This document shows, piece by piece, positions 10,299 through 19,596 of a stretch of DNA of 64,000 nt. This DNA comes from a virus (Duplodnaviria > Heunggongvirae > Uroviricota > Caudoviricetes). The position numbers were made by a program, and so were the translations under genes. The notes below the pieces were generated by a model that was not told the origin of the DNA, searched no databases, and saw only the letters and a list, made by a program, of their open reading frames with translations. The stretch lies in the IMG/VR virus record IMGVR_UViG_3300010049_000010, positions 128,749 through 192,748 of that record; one strand, written 5' to 3'. Within the stretch, counting starts at the first letter, position 1. Each line of letters starts with the position of its first letter.

Positions 10299-10494
10299 CT
10301 ACGGAAACAACTTCACCTTCTGCATATTTAATATTATTAACATATAAAGTAACTGGCTCTTGATAGTTTTTGTCGAACTCTATAATTGAGCCATTTCCTA
10401 AATGTAATATGTCTTTTACATTTATTTTTTTGTTAGCAAGATCTGCTCTGACTTCGACACAAACATCTGCTAAATGATTAGAATTTAATTCCAT
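10243..10494 (-). CDS. fliN: FliN-like flagellar motor switch (SpoA domain) protein
   Basis: VKDILHLGNGSIIEFDK...EPVTLYVNN...AEGEVVSVDENYGIRITKI matches the FliN/FliY C-terminal consensus; GAGG SD. Confidence 0.85.
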   Translation of the reverse strand: MELNSNHLADVCVEVRADLANKKINVKDILHLGNGSIIEFDKNYQEPVTLYVNNIKYAEGEVVSVDENYGIRITKIFDPNERK

Positions 10495-10521
10495 GATACT
10501 GCCTCTGCTCAGTTCTTTTGT

Positions 10522-11028
10522 TTATTCTTCTTCTTTTTTAGTTAAATCTTCAAGTTTGAGATTGCCAAAAATTGGAATTTTCTTTGGTGCGACTTCTTCT
10601 CGAGGTGGTATAGTAATAGTTAAAAGTCCATTATCGAACTTAACTTCTACTTTTTCTCGATCAAAATATCTTGGGTCAACGTTCCAACTTGTTTTAAGAC
10701 TTTCAATTTTCTTTAATCCAATTTGGAAATAATAATTTTGTGTTTCTTCTTTCTTCTCTTCATTTTTTGGGACATTCACAATAAGATTCAAGCTATCACC
10801 GTCAAATGATAGATTAATCCAATCTTCATGAATTCCAGCGAGCGCTGACTGAATCGTCATTATCTTTGTTTTTTGATCAATGAGGATATTAGTTGGCGGG
10901 AATGATTGTGAAGAAATATTTTTATTAAATCTAACAGGTTGCACGCTGCCTGTTGCAGCTCCGTAATACGCGTCGTTGAATATGTCGTCTATAAGATCAA
11001 ACATATTTCGATAGTTTTTAAAACTCAT
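10522..11028 (-). CDS. Small heat-shock protein Hsp20/alpha-crystallin
   Basis: SFPPTNI..., VKFDNGLLTITIP, C-terminal I-x-I motif (KKIPIF). Confidence 0.9.
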   Translation of the reverse strand: MSFKNYRNMFDLIDDIFNDAYYGAATGSVQPVRFNKNISSQSFPPTNILIDQKTKIMTIQSALAGIHEDWINLSFDGDSLNLIVNVPKNEEKKEETQNYYFQIGLKKIESLKTSWNVDPRYFDREKVEVKFDNGLLTITIPPREEVAPKKIPIFGNLKLEDLTKKEEE

Positions 11029-11112
11029 CTTTTATCTCCTTAGATACTCAACTATTAAGTCCGTGCAGAGGATACGGCACTTTTCATCGGTTCTATTATT
11101 TAGTATATTAAC

Positions 11113-11137
11113 AATAAAGCCCGCACTCGGCGGGCTT
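11113..11137 (-). terminator. Intrinsic terminator
   Basis: AAGCCCGC-N5-GCGGGCTT just downstream of 11145..11546. Confidence 0.7.
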
Positions 11138-11144
11138 CGTTTAC

Positions 11145-11546
11145 TTACGGATCTACTGGATCGTCGTCGTCATCATCGTCTGGGTCTGGACTTACAGGAT
11201 TAACAGGTCCTGCTGTTTCACCAAGTTCGCCTTTAACTGGAACGTTTCTCCATGCTTGGCCATTAACTTGTAATGTTTCGCCAATCGCTTTTCCTTGAAC
11301 TTCAATTTCTGAAGTAGGTTTAACAGTTGGATCTACAACTCTTGGTTGGAAACCAGATAAGTCAACTTTTACTTTTCCAGATCTCGGTTGCATTTCAGAT
11401 GGAAGCGTTGTAATTCCTTCTTTTGAAGCTACGATTCTGCCTTCATCATCATACACTCTGTAAAAATGATCATTATAGCCGTTTTGTCCCGTTACACCGG
11501 TTTCGGCTACTCTTCGCTGTTTTTTTATAGTATTCTTTTCAGCCAT
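11145..11546 (-). CDS. Hypothetical protein with acidic Pro/Asp tail
   Basis: AAGGAG SD, TAACTAATTATT motif upstream, own terminator. Confidence 0.7.
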   Translation of the reverse strand: MAEKNTIKKQRRVAETGVTGQNGYNDHFYRVYDDEGRIVASKEGITTLPSEMQPRSGKVKVDLSGFQPRVVDPTVKPTSEIEVQGKAIGETLQVNGQAWRNVPVKGELGETAGPVNPVSPDPDDDDDDDPVDP

Positions 11547-11567
11547 TGTAATCTCCTTAATAATTAG

Positions 11568-11816
11568 TTAGTCAAACAATTCAACCTTCTTATCCTCTAT
11601 CGCCTTTAGAAGAGAAGCGTGAACTCTGACGAACTCATTTTGGAGATGCTGTTGACCGCGCTGTAAATCATTTATTTGTTTTCTAACATTCTCGTTAAAA
11701 TTTTGCTGTTCTTTTAGATAATATTCCATTTGTTGCACAAAAATTTCAATGGACCACTGTCCTGGTATTTGTTGAGGAGGTCCTAGAGGTGTTTTTTGTT
11801 GGTTATATCTGAACAT
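11568..11816 (-). CDS. Hypothetical coiled-coil protein
   Basis: 82 aa; TTACTA-AATAAT-ATG start. Confidence 0.6.
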   Translation of the reverse strand: MFRYNQQKTPLGPPQQIPGQWSIEIFVQQMEYYLKEQQNFNENVRKQINDLQRGQQHLQNEFVRVHASLLKAIEDKKVELFD

Positions 11817-11837
11817 ATTATTTAGTAAATAGATTAA

Positions 11838-12098
11838 CTAATCAAAAAGTTCTGAATCTCTATCCTTTAATTCTTGTCTAAAAGCATCAATTTGATGCTG
11901 CATGCTCATTAATATTTTACTTATTTCTATTAATGTAGGATTAGTTTTTATTTCATTATCTAATTTATAATATTCTGCCTTAAGATTAGAAATTTCATCA
12001 ACAACAGTGTCTTTAAATAATTTCAGATACATTATTTGATCTCTTAATGGAATATTATCATGTAGTTTATCATTATATCTTAATTCTTCGATGTTCAT
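11838..12098 (-). CDS. Hypothetical coiled-coil protein
   Basis: 86 aa; GGAGG SD. Confidence 0.6.
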   Translation of the reverse strand: MNIEELRYNDKLHDNIPLRDQIMYLKLFKDTVVDEISNLKAEYYKLDNEIKTNPTLIEISKILMSMQHQIDAFRQELKDRDSELFD

Positions 12099-12236
12099 TT
12101 TTCCTCCACTAATTTAGCATATCGTTTCTTACCAATTTTAATTATTATTTCATTCATATCGGGATTATAAAATTCATGTATTTCTTTAATGACATCAATT
12201 AACTTAGTTTCCGAGTTAAATTTAATCTCAGGCATT

Positions 12237-13001
12237 TCAAATGATTGGGGCCCGAACATCAGCTTCTCCTTTCATGTAACAATAAATACAGTTATGCTGA
12301 CAAGTTTTACTAGCAACTAACTGTTTTTTAATTCCCAAACATTGGCAAAATTCTCTTTGGTCACACTTATCAACATTTTCTTCTAATTTAGCGTTCATTA
12401 ACTTTAAATCAATCTCAGTAATACAGCCAGTACATTCTATTCCAGGCTCACCGCAAATTTCTGTGAACGGGAAATTATTTATTACTTCTAACCTGAGATC
12501 TAATGGAGCGTGCATAGTATGAAAATGAGTTAAAGTTGGGTCCCATCTATATGCTTGTTTAAGTCGGTGTAATAATTCAAAATGTCCATCTTTTTCTAAT
12601 CTTTCAATAACGTGATTATATAAATCTAATATTGAGATTCTTATCCTCTTAAAGCCCAAACTTTTGACTATATTATATATCTGCTTTGATTGCTGCACAA
12701 AGTCAGGAAGGGGAATTATTGGATCTATCCTTATTACAAGTCGGTCTTTCTGCTCTATCTTTTTTATTACTTCTATTATTTTTTGGGGATTAGGAACATC
12801 TGGCTCGATGAAAGTGCTGCCATAACCAGTTATCGTTGTGTGAACAATTATATTTTCTTGATTTAAAATACTTGGATAAATCTCTAATAACTTAAGAAGG
12901 TCTTTAGTAATTAAAATAGTTGGTTCTCTTTTTACGAGAGCCCATTTTTCCCAAGATCTATCAAAAACTGGGTCACCATATTCTGTAATCCCACATTTCA
13001 T
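12237..13001 (-). CDS. DUF1848-like / radical-SAM-related protein
   Basis: HTTITGYG..IEPDVP, IRIDPIIP, C-terminal QREFCQC and CQHNCIYCY. Confidence 0.7.
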   Translation of the reverse strand: MKCGITEYGDPVFDRSWEKWALVKREPTILITKDLLKLLEIYPSILNQENIIVHTTITGYGSTFIEPDVPNPQKIIEVIKKIEQKDRLVIRIDPIIPLPDFVQQSKQIYNIVKSLGFKRIRISILDLYNHVIERLEKDGHFELLHRLKQAYRWDPTLTHFHTMHAPLDLRLEVINNFPFTEICGEPGIECTGCITEIDLKLMNAKLEENVDKCDQREFCQCLGIKKQLVASKTCQHNCIYCYMKGEADVRAPII

Positions 13002-13002
13002 A

Positions 13003-13263
13003 TTAATCTATCTTTACAATTTTTGATTTTGAAAAATTCCGGAAACTGAGCATTCCTTCTTTGAACTTTTTGTATTCAGCAGCTGCTTCTTCTTCCGACT
13101 TTTGTGACATATCAGTATCTCTAATCATATCACGCCAAACTTGTTTTTTTTCTTCAGCATCAAGTTTTGAGATATCGTATCCGAGTAAATTAGTTCCTGT
13201 TTCTTCAGTAACTATCACTTCCCTAGGAGTGTCTTTGTAGACAAACTTTTCAATTCTTAGCAT
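13003..13263 (-). CDS. Hypothetical protein
   Basis: 86-aa ORF with SD. Confidence 0.6.
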   Translation of the reverse strand: MLRIEKFVYKDTPREVIVTEETGTNLLGYDISKLDAEEKKQVWRDMIRDTDMSQKSEEEAAAEYKKFKEGMLSFRNFSKSKIVKID

Positions 13264-13795
13264 ATTTTTTCCTCTTAAATATTTGTGATAACTTATAAAA
13301 AAAGTTATCTATTTTTATGTTAAAAAATAACCACATATTATGTCTAAATTGCTCCCAATGATAATGTTTATCAAAGTGAATTTCTAATAGATCTTCATGA
13401 GAGTTATTCTTTTTTATTATTTTAATATGTTGATTTTTGTTAGTCCACTCACCTTTCCAAGGAAGATATATTTGTTTTTCTGAATCATCTTCAAATTTAA
13501 CGACAACAGAAGTAACATCGCGACCTTTTGAGAAACGAGTCCAACAATCTTCCTTAGAAGGTTGCACTCCTTCTGGACCTGCAAAATTAGTATTAGAAAG
13601 ATTATCTTTAAATTCTTTTAACTCTGATTTAAAATAAAAATATTCAGTAGATTCACTAGTAGAAAAATCTCCTGTTTGAGCCATATAACTTTGATGACAT
13701 TTACCAAAATGAAAACTATAATATGGTTTATGTGACAAATCTAAAAAGAGAACTTCACAGTTTTCTAATACAAATTCTAAACCTTTTATCTTCAT
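13250..13795 (-). CDS. Hypothetical protein
   Basis: 181 aa; GTTAATAT-N6-ATG start. Confidence 0.6.
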   Translation of the reverse strand: MKIKGLEFVLENCEVLFLDLSHKPYYSFHFGKCHQSYMAQTGDFSTSESTEYFYFKSELKEFKDNLSNTNFAGPEGVQPSKEDCWTRFSKGRDVTSVVVKFEDDSEKQIYLPWKGEWTNKNQHIKIIKKNNSHEDLLEIHFDKHYHWEQFRHNMWLFFNIKIDNFFYKLSQIFKRKKYAKN

Positions 13796-14493
13796 TATTT
13801 TATATTAACTCTTTCGTATTCATTCGTTTCGGTGTCTATTTTAACAAGACAATTATGTTTTGGACAATCTGAAAGCAAAATAAACCCACCATTATTATGT
13901 TCTAATTTTACAGGAGGGGTAGCATTATCTGTATTTATTTCACTATGACCGACTGCGAAATTATATCCATCTAAAGCATATTTTCTTAATGCTCCAGGTC
14001 TAATCCAAAGTGGTCCTTCAAATTGATTATTTCCGTAACCATCAGGGCCAACCCATTTAAAATACCCAGATCTTTCTTTGAACATTTGATTTATTTCAGA
14101 TGGGTCTTTCATTCCCGCATGTCTCATCCAATCTTTTGAAACTCCACCGTGCACGAAAATCCATTTATCAGCAATGAAAATTACATCAAAAAGATTATTA
14201 TGAACTTTTAACATTTGATATATGTCAAATGCAACACCAGGTTGATGTCCACTGCATCTTTCATCGAGATAATATGATGTATCATGATTCCCCCAAAGTA
14301 AAACTACTTTATCAGGATGTTTCTTTTTGAACTTTAATATTTGAATAAAATTAGATAATTGTCTATTATATCCAGTTGTCCAATGATCCCAGTAGTCACC
14401 AAGGAAAACTATTTTATCAACTTCATCAATGAGTTTTCTAGCTTTTTTCCAATGTTCTTGACCATGTGGATCCGGCACAGTTATTATTTTCAC
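13795..14493 (-). CDS. Calcineurin-like metallophosphoesterase
   Basis: DPHG, FLGDYWD, WGNHD, FVHGG, VGHS. Confidence 0.9.
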   Translation of the reverse strand: MKIITVPDPHGQEHWKKARKLIDEVDKIVFLGDYWDHWTTGYNRQLSNFIQILKFKKKHPDKVVLLWGNHDTSYYLDERCSGHQPGVAFDIYQMLKVHNNLFDVIFIADKWIFVHGGVSKDWMRHAGMKDPSEINQMFKERSGYFKWVGPDGYGNNQFEGPLWIRPGALRKYALDGYNFAVGHSEINTDNATPPVKLEHNNGGFILLSDCPKHNCLVKIDTETNEYERVNIK

Positions 14494-14649
14494 TTTTTTA
14501 TCTCTTTAATATTATCTAAACATGCAACTACATTATTTTCTTTAATATATTTTATTAAATCTTCTTTATTGCTAAATGCTAATTGAAACCAACTATTTCT
14601 ACTTTTTAAAACAAATTTTTGTTTTTCGTTATCCCAAATTATATCATGA

Positions 14650-15003
14650 TCAGGTTGTTTCATAAATTCTCCTTACATTAATTAGTGGGATTTTTTCAAA
14701 TACGCTAAATTGTATGCAACGTTGTCCTGGAGGAGGATCAAAACCAAAATTATGTTTAACACTATCAGCACTATTAGAATGAACAGGAATAGTTCCACCA
14801 ACTGCTTGAGAGGCGTCTTCTCTTTTTGGCTCGTACTCGACTTCTAATAAAACATTTCCATAACTTGGATCTTTCCACAATTCTGGATCAGGTGCTAAAT
14901 AAGTATAACGATAAGTTCCATCTCCACCATGATGTCCCCAAAGATATCCATCTTCTTGAATCTTTTTCCAAGCGTCTTCATTAGTCCAGTGATAAAATTT
15001 CAT
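14650..15003 (-). CDS. Putative ADP-ribosyltransferase-fold protein
   Basis: N-terminal FYHWT...KIQEDGYL, then YTYLA and LLEVEY; weak by-eye match. Confidence 0.35.
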   Translation of the reverse strand: MKFYHWTNEDAWKKIQEDGYLWGHHGGDGTYRYTYLAPDPELWKDPSYGNVLLEVEYEPKREDASQAVGGTIPVHSNSADSVKHNFGFDPPPGQRCIQFSVFEKIPLINVRRIYETT

Positions 15004-15740
15004 CAGTGATTCTCACAAACGTTGTTAGGATAAGATGGTCTGCGGATTTTTTCTGGTGATGGTTCTTCAGTATCAAAATAACGAGGTAATTGTTTTCCTG
15101 AAAAAGCTCTTTGAGGAATGCCATCATTAGTGTGCCAATATCCTCGGGGAGGTTTTGGATCATCCCAAATATCACCATTTTCATCTATAAGAGTTTTTTT
15201 CTTTCCCAATTCTTGTATTTCAAAAATAATATGATCTTCATTTTCTTTTTCTAAGCTGTTAACGATAAAAACAAGCTTATCTAAATCTCCCCAAACTATT
15301 GGAGTATCAGGCCACTGGGAGGGATTTTCACAAAAGTTTTTAGTTTCTTTTAATAAAGTAAGTGATTCTTGTCTGCCATCAATATAATCTTTATAATCTA
15401 TGTGCATATTTCTAATAGATTTTATCGCTCTAATTATGTAACTTGTATTAAAACTGTTTAGATATATTCCGTATTTTTTCAACTCGCGATTTCTGGGTTT
15501 TAATTCTCTGTTTATCTTTAATTCGTAACCACGATCTTGTAACAAGTCAGTTAACGAAATAGATTCCTCTGCATCGAGGTCATCAAAGAGTTTTAAAATT
15601 TTATCCACTGTACTATTCATTTTTACCTCACATATTCTATATGTATTCCATAGTCTACAAAAATGACTTTTTTTATTTTGAGTTTTATCTTCTAAACACT
15701 CTTGACAATCATAAGCATCGATGCCTAAACCATCACTCAC
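15003..15740 (-). CDS. Hypothetical protein with possible degenerate ribosomal bL12 (L7/L12)-like segments
   Basis: VDKILKLFDDLDAEESISLTDLLQDRG; IIRAIKSIR...LLKETKNFCENP. Confidence 0.35.
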   Translation of the reverse strand: MSDGLGIDAYDCQECLEDKTQNKKSHFCRLWNTYRICEVKMNSTVDKILKLFDDLDAEESISLTDLLQDRGYELKINRELKPRNRELKKYGIYLNSFNTSYIIRAIKSIRNMHIDYKDYIDGRQESLTLLKETKNFCENPSQWPDTPIVWGDLDKLVFIVNSLEKENEDHIIFEIQELGKKKTLIDENGDIWDDPKPPRGYWHTNDGIPQRAFSGKQLPRYFDTEEPSPEKIRRPSYPNNVCENH

Positions 15741-16245
15741 TCTTATGTCCGATATTCCTATAATGATCTTCTATTACGCTCATTAAAACTGGCGTGTAAT
15801 TATGATGCTCAACACTGCAATTAAAATGGTGTATGCCTTCGTATTTGTGCTGGTGGATGTGACCGTGCAAATTTCCGTACGGACTATTCGCTTCAAGAAA
15901 AACTGGTTCATGTGATAATATCATGAAGCCATTAAATATAATTGGAAAACGAGAACACCATTCCCAACCCATTTCCATATATTCAGATGGTCGATATTTG
16001 TCGTGATTTCCAAGTATTGCGAATTTTCTTCCAGATAATCTGGCTGTATAATTTGTAATTTTTTCTTTTCCACCGAGACAGAAATCTCCGAGGTGATAAA
16101 CGAGATCATCCGGTTGAACTATTGCGTTCCAATTATTTATTATTTTATTCGTCATTTCTTCTACATCTTTAAATGGACGATTACAATATTTGATGATGTT
16201 TGCATGCCCAAGATGTAAATCTGATATAAAATATGTTTTACTCAT
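15733..16245 (-). CDS. Calcineurin-like phosphoesterase (common phage family)
   Basis: FISDLHLGHANII, HLGDF, GNHD, SHEP, HGHIH. Confidence 0.9.
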   Translation of the reverse strand: MSKTYFISDLHLGHANIIKYCNRPFKDVEEMTNKIINNWNAIVQPDDLVYHLGDFCLGGKEKITNYTARLSGRKFAILGNHDKYRPSEYMEMGWEWCSRFPIIFNGFMILSHEPVFLEANSPYGNLHGHIHQHKYEGIHHFNCSVEHHNYTPVLMSVIEDHYRNIGHKSE

Positions 16246-16673
16246 TTTGTTTCTCCTATAGCTGGATAACTTAAATTATAAATTTCATCTGCTGTATAAA
16301 ATACTGCTTCATTATTTACTACTTTAAATCCACAAATAATATTATTAGCAGCTTGTTTTCTTAATTTCTTTAAGTGATTTTTTTCTTTACGCTCGATTTT
16401 TCTTGCTGCTTGTATCAATTTTTTATTTTTTGCTTTAATAGCTTCTATATTAAGATACTCTTCTGCATAGATAATTCTTAATAAATCATGCGCATAATTA
16501 TGTTCATTATCTGTTAAATGCAATCTATTCCATTCACAATGCCACCACTGTGGATAAAATTCTTTTGGTAAAATATGATGTCCATGCCATTTATCTTTTA
16601 TAAAAGTTCTATTTTCTTTTAATATCTTTGCGACAAATTCTTGATACTGAATTTGAGCTAAAGCTTTTATCAT
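16242..16673 (-). CDS. HNH-endonuclease-like protein
   Basis: HHILPK...NRLHLTDNEHNYAHDLL. Confidence 0.6.
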   Translation of the reverse strand: MIKALAQIQYQEFVAKILKENRTFIKDKWHGHHILPKEFYPQWWHCEWNRLHLTDNEHNYAHDLLRIIYAEEYLNIEAIKAKNKKLIQAARKIERKEKNHLKKLRKQAANNIICGFKVVNNEAVFYTADEIYNLSYPAIGETK

Positions 16674-17116
16674 TTCTTTTTCGGCTTTGCCGCCTCCGGC
16701 TTTGTGTCAGGTCTCGGAGTATTATTTTCTGGTTTAAATCCGCCATTTGTTGCGCTGCAATCCATTTTTAAACCTGCGGCCCATGCTGGATCTTCTTTCA
16801 TCATTTCCTTAATCATATTTTTTACCTCGTCGGCTGGCAAAGTTGTTTTAACTGTTTTGTAATATGTATGAGGAAAAAATGGTCTCTCTTCTCTATCAAA
16901 AGTAGCCTCAGCATTTCTCCAAATATTTAATGCGACTGTAAGAGTTAAATCATTTAATGTTGATAAAATTAATGCTTTCGCTTTTTTAGAAAGCTCTTCT
17001 TCACTAATCTCACGAGATTCTACTAATTTCGTTACTGCAATTTCTGTGGCTTGTGATATAACAAGTTCAGCAGTATTACTCCATGGGCCTTTAAATTTTC
17101 TTGATTTTCCAAACAT
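16670..17116 (-). CDS. Hypothetical protein
   Basis: 148-aa ORF, AAGGAG SD. Confidence 0.6.
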   Translation of the reverse strand: MFGKSRKFKGPWSNTAELVISQATEIAVTKLVESREISEEELSKKAKALILSTLNDLTLTVALNIWRNAEATFDREERPFFPHTYYKTVKTTLPADEVKNMIKEMMKEDPAWAAGLKMDCSATNGGFKPENNTPRPDTKPEAAKPKKK

Positions 17117-17459
17117 TATTTTCTCCTTATGTCTCCGCTCATAGTTTTTACATCACCTTGAACATTTTCACATCTAACGTCACCAGATGCAGTTCTGATA
17201 CTGCCGCCGCAATCACCATCAATTTCAATATCACCAGAAGCTGTTTCAATTTCTCCAACATCGCCTTTAACAGTTACATTGCCAGAAGTTGTTTCAAGTT
17301 TATTCACATTTCCTTCAATAGTAATTTCTATGTCTTTAGTGTAATCATCAAAGTTTTCAACTGTAATACCATCAATAATAATTTTATTATTTATTATCGA
17401 AATATTAGTACCCTTTGATTTTATTGTTTTTCCATTTATCGTTATTTTATTCATTTTCA
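17116..17459 (-). CDS. Beta-strand repeat protein (DUF4097-like)
   Basis: Repeats ETTSGNVTV, ETASGDIEI, RTASGDVRC, KTMSGDI; start probably 17459 or 17453. Confidence 0.75.
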
Positions 17460-18130
17460 TCTCCAAAAGATTTTGGGTTTTTACTGCCAATGCCTGCTGC
17501 ATTAGCTTCTGCTCTCGCGTTTGACGATAATGTGTTTAACACAAAACTATATTTATCCCATGCTGAAATTAAATGATTTACAAAGTTGTATTTGTTTTCT
17601 ATTTTTATATATTCAGCTTTTAATTGAGAAAGTTCTTTGAGAAATTGTTTTCTCACAACCATTTCAATTTCCCGGGCTGCCAAAAATGACGCATTTTTTC
17701 CAAGTGAAACTTGTTGTGATTTTATTTCACAATATTTCTCAGCATAAAAATTTTCATAATTTTCATTTGCTATATCTTTTGCTATTCTCATTTCTTGATG
17801 AAGAGCCAAAAGACCTAAAGTTATTTGCTCATATTCCATTAAAGATTTATTTAACGCATAAAATGTTGGAATATTTTGTCCACCAAATAAAAGATTTTCA
17901 TTCATTAATTCTATCTGTTTTTCAACGAACTTTAATAAATCTTCTTCTGCTTCTTTAAAAGTTTTTTCCGGCTTAAATAATTCATCAGGAGTGTCGGGAT
18001 ATTCTGTTGAAAGCACCGTCATTCCGTGTATTAAAGTTTTTCCGCCACTTCCGCCTGTTGGTGCTACAGGTTCAAAATCATGTTTCGGGTCTGGTTGATA
18101 TCCACCAACAGGTTTTCTTTTTACTGGCAC
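17447..18130 (-). CDS. Possible UvsY-like recombination mediator with N-terminal extension
   Basis: Helical C-terminal ~130 aa whose pattern resembles T4 UvsY; by eye only. Confidence 0.35.
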   Translation of the reverse strand: MPVKRKPVGGYQPDPKHDFEPVAPTGGSGGKTLIHGMTVLSTEYPDTPDELFKPEKTFKEAEEDLLKFVEKQIELMNENLLFGGQNIPTFYALNKSLMEYEQITLGLLALHQEMRIAKDIANENYENFYAEKYCEIKSQQVSLGKNASFLAAREIEMVVRKQFLKELSQLKAEYIKIENKYNFVNHLISAWDKYSFVLNTLSSNARAEANAAGIGSKNPKSFGDENE

Positions 18131-18498
18131 TATTCAGTTTCCTTCGCTTTTGCTTTTTCTTCTTTTTCTAATTTAGCGAGCAATTCTTTTTCCTTTTTCT
18201 CATTTACTTCAAAGCCGGAATTTTTGAATGCGTCAGCTTGCTTTTTAGTTCTCGCTTCTTTGTAATACAGACGACATTTGCACCAGCCTTCTGAATCGCG
18301 TTCCATAAATTGAACACAAATACATCGAGTATCCTCTGTCTCATTTTTGTTTGGACAGAATCCGCCGTTTGCCATTACACGCTCTTTAATTGCGGTGGCT
18401 TTTTCTGGGTCGGGGTTTATGAATATTTTGTACTTTGCTTCCATGTCTGAAATCTTGTATTCATAAGCCGGTTTTTGTGGTATTTTCTTCTTTGCCAT
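18130..18498 (-). CDS. Ferredoxin-thioredoxin reductase catalytic-subunit-like protein
   Basis: INPD...GGFCPN...RCIC...GWCKCRLY. Confidence 0.7.
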   Translation of the reverse strand: MAKKKIPQKPAYEYKISDMEAKYKIFINPDPEKATAIKERVMANGGFCPNKNETEDTRCICVQFMERDSEGWCKCRLYYKEARTKKQADAFKNSGFEVNEKKEKELLAKLEKEEKAKAKETE

Positions 18499-18535
18499 AA
18501 TTCTTTCTCCTAGTTATATTAACTTAATCAACAAT

Positions 18536-18556
18536 GAGCGGGCTTTTGACCCGCTC
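18536..18556 (-). terminator. Intrinsic terminator hairpin
   Basis: GAGCGGG-N7-CCCGCTC. Confidence 0.65.
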
Positions 18557-18578
18557 TGTTTAATTTAGTTTTCTAATT

Positions 18579-18896
18579 TTACTCGTCGTTGAGTAAATTC
18601 GTGATTCGCTTGCCGGTGATAGCCACTGCATCAAGAATAATGTTTTGGTCAAGCGCATCAATGAAAGCCTGAGCAGCATCATAAGCCATGCCAACATTTT
18701 GTCCCTTCAGTTCAACGATATAATTATCGCCGTCCAAAAAAGTTCTAGTCTCGATTCCGGCGCCGGGGCGATATTTTCCCTTTAATATTTTTCCGGTGTT
18801 GTAAGTCGGAATTGCTTTCATTGCCTTATAAACTGGTGTTTTATCGAGCCCATCTGTCAAGTCCGGCTTTTCTACAGTAATTTGAATCCTTGTCAT
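18579..18896 (-). CDS. Hypothetical protein, probable early gene
   Basis: AAGGGAG SD, own promoter and terminator. Confidence 0.7.
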   Translation of the reverse strand: MTRIQITVEKPDLTDGLDKTPVYKAMKAIPTYNTGKILKGKYRPGAGIETRTFLDGDNYIVELKGQNVGMAYDAAQAFIDALDQNIILDAVAITGKRITNLLNDE

Positions 18897-18928
18897 AATC
18901 TTTAATCTCCCTTAAATTGTTATAATAT

Positions 18929-18957
18929 AATATAAGATTTTCGGAAAAGCCGTTCAA
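18929..18957 (-). promoter_or_regulatory. Sigma70-like promoter (class I)
   Basis: TTGAAC-N17-TATATT. Confidence 0.75.
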
Positions 18958-18984
18958 AACTAAATATTAAGTAGGAGAAATAAT

Positions 18985-19596
18985 ATGTTAGTAGAATCGA
19001 ATATGTCGGCCAAAATATGGAAAGACCAATTTTCATCAAAGTTTATGAATTTCGGCAAAAAGTCGCCTGTATTGCTTTCAATAATAATTAAGATTCAAGA
19101 CGGGGAAGAAGGTGTATTAGTCACGCACGTAAACTCAAATAATAAATATTTTTTCGCATTTGATTACGATAAAAATGTTAAAGATTTCATTGCGGATATT
19201 AAAAAACTTTTAGTTGAGAAACATTATCCTCGAATTATAGAAGAAATACTTAAAAAGCATGAATTAACTTCAGATGAATTAGCGCTTAAAATAGAAAAAG
19301 GCGCGGACATTGATAAGTTATCTAAATATGAAATGCGTGTAATTGGAAAACGATGCTATAGAATTGATAAGATTTTATCTTGGAAACAGATCGCTATTTT
19401 ATCATTAGAAGAAAGCACTTTTGAAAATGATGAAATTGGGTCGAGTTACAGATATAAGTTTAGCGGTGGAAGCCTTGTTATATTCTTGAAGAATTATCGT
19501 TCTGGTAAGTTTAAGTCAATTGAAGAAGCGAGCGAATATTTCTTATCAAATTCACTTTTAATAAATAAGATTGAGATTAAAGATGAAACTAATTAA
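18985..19596 (+). CDS. Hypothetical protein
   Basis: 203 aa; AGGAG SD. Confidence 0.7.
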   Translation: MLVESNMSAKIWKDQFSSKFMNFGKKSPVLLSIIIKIQDGEEGVLVTHVNSNNKYFFAFDYDKNVKDFIADIKKLLVEKHYPRIIEEILKKHELTSDELALKIEKGADIDKLSKYEMRVIGKRCYRIDKILSWKQIAILSLEESTFENDEIGSSYRYKFSGGSLVIFLKNYRSGKFKSIEEASEYFLSNSLLINKIEIKDETN

